A model generated the notes under the pieces. That model was not told the DNA's origin. It saw only the letters and a list, made by a program, of their open reading frames with translations, and did no database searches. Position numbers and translations under genes: made by a program. Positions 63,001 to 64,000 of a DNA stretch of 64,000 nt are shown here, piece by piece; the stretch's first letter is position 1; each line of letters begins with the position of its first letter. The stretch comes from a virus (lineage: Duplodnaviria; Caudoviricetes), in IMG/VR virus record IMGVR_UViG_3300031669_000010, positions 1 to 64,000 of that record; one strand, given 5' to 3'.

Positions 63001-63776
63001 CAAAAAATAAAATTAAATCATTCTTTTCAGGTAAATGGTTAGATGGGGAATCATCAAAAATTTCTTCGTTTATTTCATGGCCAATGAGAAAGATAACAGA
63101 ATTAAAAGATGCCGCAATGGACTGGATTGATAAAAAATTTGGTGCTGGTACTAGTGAAAAAGCAATGAAAACAGTAACAGATATACTTACAGCTCCATAT
63201 GATTCTTTAATGAATGTATTTAGCTGGTTCGGAAATCTCTTTGATAAGATTAAAGAATGGGCAGCAAATAAAATCAAAAAATCATGGCTTGGGAGATTCT
63301 TCAGTGATGATGAAATTGATGAAAAACCGAAACCAGTATCATCAGCGTCAAATGCAATTCCATTTGAAGTATACGGTACCCATAGTGGAAAGAAAGAGTC
63401 GATGGCAAAAGCTATATCAACACTATCTGAAACTGATATAATTCCATCCGAAGTATATGGTACACATGCTCCAAAAGAAGCTGCTACTAAAAAGTCAGAC
63501 GCTGCAATGAAAAAAATGACAGCAGAAGCACAAGCCAGAGCAATTGAAAATGAAAAAGAAATGGCAGCAGTAGAAGCATTTGAGAAAATAGGAAATAAAC
63601 TTCAATCATCTCATAATCAAACAACAGCTGCTGTAATACAAAATACAAATGTAATATCTTCATCAAACAAGAACAGTATAGTTAATGGTGGAGGCGGAAG
63701 CGGAAGCGGAGGAAGAAAATCATTTTCTTCTGGTCCTAATTTTGCAGGTGATGTAGTAGCATGCAACATCAAGTAA
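60072..63776 (+). CDS. Tape-measure-like protein
   Basis: 1234 aa, helical; LQEGGYV...VHAAEVVTP motif; Gly/Ala-rich hydrophobic stretch (GAAKGALKGGLIGAGIGS...); Trp-spaced amphipathic repeats. Confidence 0.75.
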   Translation: MADNENIRPSADLLNDTSINMASDRARRISSLHRTSEDLVRQSNTKRLQVSSEISAITKQQQKMKATLELERGEMTTDIASGYSEVLKGLGRTINSLATGVKNITIDTGKATSDAISQYGKAVGEDISINKTNTIAMALSRSTPLFGYFAAKFMETDVFKNAATGIKDRVTDAMKEGVSRAGSGIANVFRRGKEKLDESKEVHPATVSDLAQLKRDMAGEMPKLQEGGYVKQGGVVEVHAAEVVTPIDKLLKQIDEAKSSDISRKLDKTLSMMSQSLTRLETVVVQREDSQKGLVQTFIQEFMNAKNTRESAYQERLLKAILELKVGLIGMTSRIRIAWQRTLLQHPLFRNILFFSDLVQTAMLSPIKFLFGVRGGYAGDVRGATRTNNVFLKISNLLAMTYTTLMPKLDDIALYTKATAEGIVGGPVEGATQQGYTMFGKIKEMLTTRSIQSPGEKIFDMLIDRLGLDRGAMEEAGITGIGGFAHPGRIMRNMGASGENLRATAFGESRDRRPEDNPIYKVYAYSRDKAENVWHYMSNKLSELSNMKRDQEDREGPHSPSMAENIAKTAGLTEDRLEDAKNSDEQANKIRKSQLGLTKRMGKRLRKMGSQIWDWLLFGFTFLKDMFFKGIGTLKTFLQPLITAALTAGGAALSKIGGVGGLAGGMSLAAGVAMGVYDGMRAVALSDEWKTSKASAAVGGFLGGTDKGVSGAAKGALKGGLIGAGIGSFFPVVGTAIGGAIGAIAGGILGFIGGENIASGIDALAGYLKKFIMAAWGIIKWPFEMIGKGFTWLKENLTWENIKAWAITGWDTYWSFITWPYKKAKEGIDWVYKKAKEFLTTGWLGENLDTITSFITWPYRKIKELWTSVKEFFTSDEPLSVKAQKVIDFVTWPVRKILEVKDWVMEKISSLLSDTWLGQKVQKVIDFVTWPYRKIKELSQSVKDFFTSDEPLSVKVQKITDFITWPMRKIMELKDWAKNKIKSFFSGKWLDGESSKISSFISWPMRKITELKDAAMDWIDKKFGAGTSEKAMKTVTDILTAPYDSLMNVFSWFGNLFDKIKEWAANKIKKSWLGRFFSDDEIDEKPKPVSSASNAIPFEVYGTHSGKKESMAKAISTLSETDIIPSEVYGTHAPKEAATKKSDAAMKKMTAEAQARAIENEKEMAAVEAFEKIGNKLQSSHNQTTAAVIQNTNVISSSNKNSIVNGGGGSGSGGRKSFSSGPNFAGDVVACNIK
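62510..63110 (+). repeat. Six F[IV][TS]WPxxK repeats, alternating 38/35-aa spacing
   Basis: Near-identical DNA blocks starting ACATGGCCATATAG at 62637 and 62856 (219-nt period). Confidence 0.85.
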
Positions 63777-63787
63777 GGAGATAAAAA

Positions 63788-64000
63788 ATGGCACAAAAAA
63801 TAAACCTAGATCCCTTTATGGGGGTGTATGGGTTACCTCCGTCTACATGGCTAAGCGATGATATGATTGTTAATAGTATGCCAGTGTTTGACATTATACC
63901 TGCTAAACCCGAGTTTTCAGAAGGCTTGAACTTATTTAGAGTAGAAGATGATTCAGAAAGGTATTTAAAAATTCTTGCTACTCATGGTTATACAACAGCA
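63788..64000 (+). CDS. Partial ORF (runs off the window), probably structural
   Basis: AAGGAG RBS; MAQKINLDPFMGVYGLPPSTW... open to the window end. Confidence 0.6.
   Translation, partial: MAQKINLDPFMGVYGLPPSTWLSDDMIVNSMPVFDIIPAKPEFSEGLNLFRVEDDSERYLKILATHGYTTA

Noticed and set aside
360-63441. The many 60-145-aa minus-strand and alternate-frame ORFs in the track
   Set aside because: They shadow well-supported + strand genes and lack RBSs or motifs.
1-64000. Stop-codon reassignment (code 15 or 4) as in some large phages
   Set aside because: Long conserved genes are intact in the standard code, and both TAG and TGA terminate genes at sensible ends with coupled downstream starts.

Overview
A 64-kb segment of an AT-rich jumbo-phage-like genome. 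Almost all genes lie on the + strand, use the standard code and have AGGAG-type RBSs. No ribosomal or housekeeping operons are present. It encodes two complete, unsplit pairs of multi-subunit RNA polymerase subunits (beta' then beta, at 5973-13075 and 43276-49175), a two-gene type II topoisomerase, SbcCD/Mre11-Rad50, an SF2 helicase, a probable SSB, a MoxR-like AAA+/vWA pair, QueD, FolE2, a radical SAM enzyme, a heptose kinase, the terminase large subunit and a tape-measure-like protein. Two loci stand out. (1) At 14.0-17.3 kb, an ORF-free array of 5-7 stem-closed structured RNA units shares a GACTnnGTGTRAYTT...AAYYACAY helix. One unit encloses a complete 76-nt tRNA-like cloverleaf with CCA. 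The array sits directly upstream of a TROVE/Ro60-like vWA protein gene and an ARPP-1-like gene, suggesting a phage Ro/Y-RNA-like system. (2) At 35.6-42.9 kb is an apparently complete ubiquitin-like conjugation locus: E2-like fusion, JAB/JAMM peptidase, ThiF/E1, a Ubl ending in Gly, a second ThiF-like protein and an HPN-C E2-like protein. Also present are a five-member family sharing an N-terminal MKxKxDFVTNSS tag, a short prepilin-like protein and two candidate phage promoter motifs. All family assignments come from motif recognition by eye; no database searches were run.
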